Source: an uncultured Candidatus Saccharibacteria bacterium (GTDB lineage: Bacteria > Patescibacteriota > Minisyncoccia > Phycocordibacterales > Zambryskibacteraceae). From it: 41,714 nucleotides of DNA. Every line of letters starts with the position of its first letter. Position 1 is the stretch's first letter. This document shows positions 40,557 to 41,714 of the stretch, piece after piece. The position numbers were made by a program, and so were the translations under genes. Below the pieces are notes generated by a model. The model saw only the letters and a program-made list of their open reading frames with translations. It did not search any database and was not told the DNA's origin. Where the stretch lies: contig CAZYLR010000001.1 of assembly GCA_964648835.1 (NCBI GenBank), positions 1 to 41,714 on the forward strand. Reading direction: 5' to 3'.

Positions 40557-41470
40557 TTCATTTCCTCGAATAACTTTTCCATCAATAACTTCAAACTATG
40601 GTCTTCCGCCCTAAAACTCTTAAGATCAGAATTTCTTACTTCCAGTTTGGCACCACAAGCAGCTGCTTCGATTATCGTCTTATCCATACTGCCAGCAGGT
40701 GTGAAGTTGGCGTAAATTTCGTACGTTTGATAAAGCTTGAGAGCCTCTTCTTGATTCACGGGCCCGATGAATTTGATCCTATCTGAAGCTGTTCTCCTCA
40801 CGAGCTCTTCATACTTTTTATCTTTCGCCAGAGCCACGCCGGCGATAGTCGCTCTAAACTTGATATCAAGAGTATTGAACCACTCAACGAATTCAAGAAC
40901 CTTCTTGACCGGAGCGATGCGGCCAAGAAACAGTACGGAGTTAGGAACTCTAGACACAGATGCATCCGGCTTGAAAAAATCCGTATCTATACCGACAGGC
41001 ATAAGTGTTGTTTTTTTAAAGCGAGCGGTAAAGGAATGCGGGGAGGTACAAAAGACTTTGCCTGAAAGCAATACGGCTAGACAAGTCCATAGACCACCCT
41101 TAGCATGATTTCTCCACATTGATACCTTCTTGTGCAAAAGCTTCCAAAGTAATCCACCCAAAAGCACATACTCCTGATTCATGTGAACAAACACAACATC
41201 GTAGTTATTTCTCTCTTGCCAAATATATCTATAGAACCTGAAAATATATTTAAGTTTGGACTTATTTTGTTCCTTACCTAGAGACAATACTCTAACATTT
41301 ATCGGTAAACGATGTTCTCTCATTTCAAGACAAATGACTGTTACCTTTTCGCAATGCTTAGCAAACTCCTCTATCCAGCGGTGAAAGAAACCCAAAACAG
41401 GGTCATTTCTATCAACTTTTTGGGTGATGACAAGGAGTCTCATTTTATGTTGGTGGCTATACTTGCCCAA
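40553..41470 (-). CDS. Glycosyltransferase (GT-B, GT4-like)
   Basis: MRLLVITQKVDRNDPVLGFFHRWIEEFAK... and the C-terminal MDKTIIEAAACGAKL. The likely true start is ATG 41443-41441 (MRLLVI), which forms an ATGA overlap with the stop of the upstream partial gene. Confidence 0.7.
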   Translation of the reverse strand: MGKYSHQHKMRLLVITQKVDRNDPVLGFFHRWIEEFAKHCEKVTVICLEMREHRLPINVRVLSLGKEQNKSKLKYIFRFYRYIWQERNNYDVVFVHMNQEYVLLGGLLWKLLHKKVSMWRNHAKGGLWTCLAVLLSGKVFCTSPHSFTARFKKTTLMPVGIDTDFFKPDASVSRVPNSVLFLGRIAPVKKVLEFVEWFNTLDIKFRATIAGVALAKDKKYEELVRRTASDRIKFIGPVNQEEALKLYQTYEIYANFTPAGSMDKTIIEAAACGAKLEVRNSDLKSFRAEDHSLKLLMEKLFEEMK

Positions 41471-41714
41471 TCATCCTTGATCTGGGCCAGATAATCAGCC
41501 CTTGAGATAAGCTTTATGTCAAGCGTATGCTTCATATTCGTGCGCAGATTTTCACGCTTGTAATTATTTTCTATAAGATCAACCACTCCTTGGGCAAACA
41601 ATTCTGGATTGCCAACAGGATAAATGAAAGCATCCTTACCATGTTCGAGTTCCTGTGCAATACCGACTGGCGTAGTAATAATTGGTAAACCATAGAGACC
41701 AGCCTCAATAAGTG
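41440..41714 (-). CDS. Glycosyltransferase family 4, C-terminal fragment (5' end outside window)
   Basis: Not in the ORF track. Hand translation of the minus strand gives LIEAGLYGLPIITTPVGIAQELEHGKDAFIYPVGNPELFAQGVVDLIENNYKRENLRTNMKHTLDIKLISRADYLAQIKDDWASIATNIK*, which is the typical GT4 C-terminus (..EA.a.G.PvI.t.vG...E.i..g..G.l....d...la..i..ll.n). Confidence 0.7.
   Translation of the reverse strand, partial: LIEAGLYGLPIITTPVGIAQELEHGKDAFIYPVGNPELFAQGVVDLIENNYKRENLRTNMKHTLDIKLISRADYLAQIKDDWASIATNIK

Noticed and set aside
1-41714. Alternative genetic code (UGA as a sense codon, as in Gracilibacteria/Absconditabacteria)
   Set aside because: Conserved genes terminate at TGA at their expected lengths (gatB at 9530-9532, YfhO, the giant gene, and several operon genes with ATGA overlaps). 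No conserved ORF appears to need TGA read-through.

Overview
AT-rich bacterial chromosome segment. It looks like a Candidate Phyla Radiation (Patescibacteria/Parcubacteria-like) genome. That placement is an inference from very tight gene packing with many 4-nt ATGA stop/start overlaps, scattered four-helix-bundle 'IVS-type' proteins and a giant surface protein. The genetic code appears standard, with TGA used as a stop. The window has three blocks. (i) 1-8.4 kb holds a 2494-aa membrane-anchored surface protein with an N-terminal HTH-like domain, one TM helix, kb-scale internal repeats, a 17-residue NSALG..NTTG repeat array, a peptidase-S74 tail-fibre chaperone domain and a Pro/Thr/Glu-rich tail. 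It is translationally coupled to a secreted LamG-domain protein that the ORF track misses, and it is divergently paired with a small MerR/excisionase-type HTH gene across a striking CTAG-heptad inverted repeat. (ii) 8.9-17.4 kb is housekeeping: gatB, obg, MYG1-family, a DsbB plus thioredoxin-like pair, a RelE/Phd toxin-antitoxin pair, secA, and two four-helix-bundle genes, one carrying an in-frame TAG. (iii) 17.9-41.7 kb is a cell-envelope glycopolymer locus of more than 23 kb. It encodes a Wzy_C/O-antigen-ligase-TPR protein, a Wzx flippase, several GT4 enzymes, GT2, GT9, YfhO, GtrA, three SAM methyltransferases, a YdjC deacetylase, an AsnB-type amidotransferase and a split ADP-heptose module. 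The most unusual element is a five-gene + strand operon at 34777-39475 whose first four genes are linked by ATGA overlaps. Its order is GLYK/TDA10-type P-loop kinase, LicC-like nucleotidyltransferase, RuBisCO-like protein (form III-derived, with CO2-fixation residues replaced), RpiB-like sugar-phosphate isomerase and TagF-like phosphotransferase. I read this as a candidate undescribed pathway making a nucleotide-activated phospho-sugar or acid for a teichoic-acid-like polymer. I saw no rRNA, tRNA, CRISPR array, transposase or integrase.
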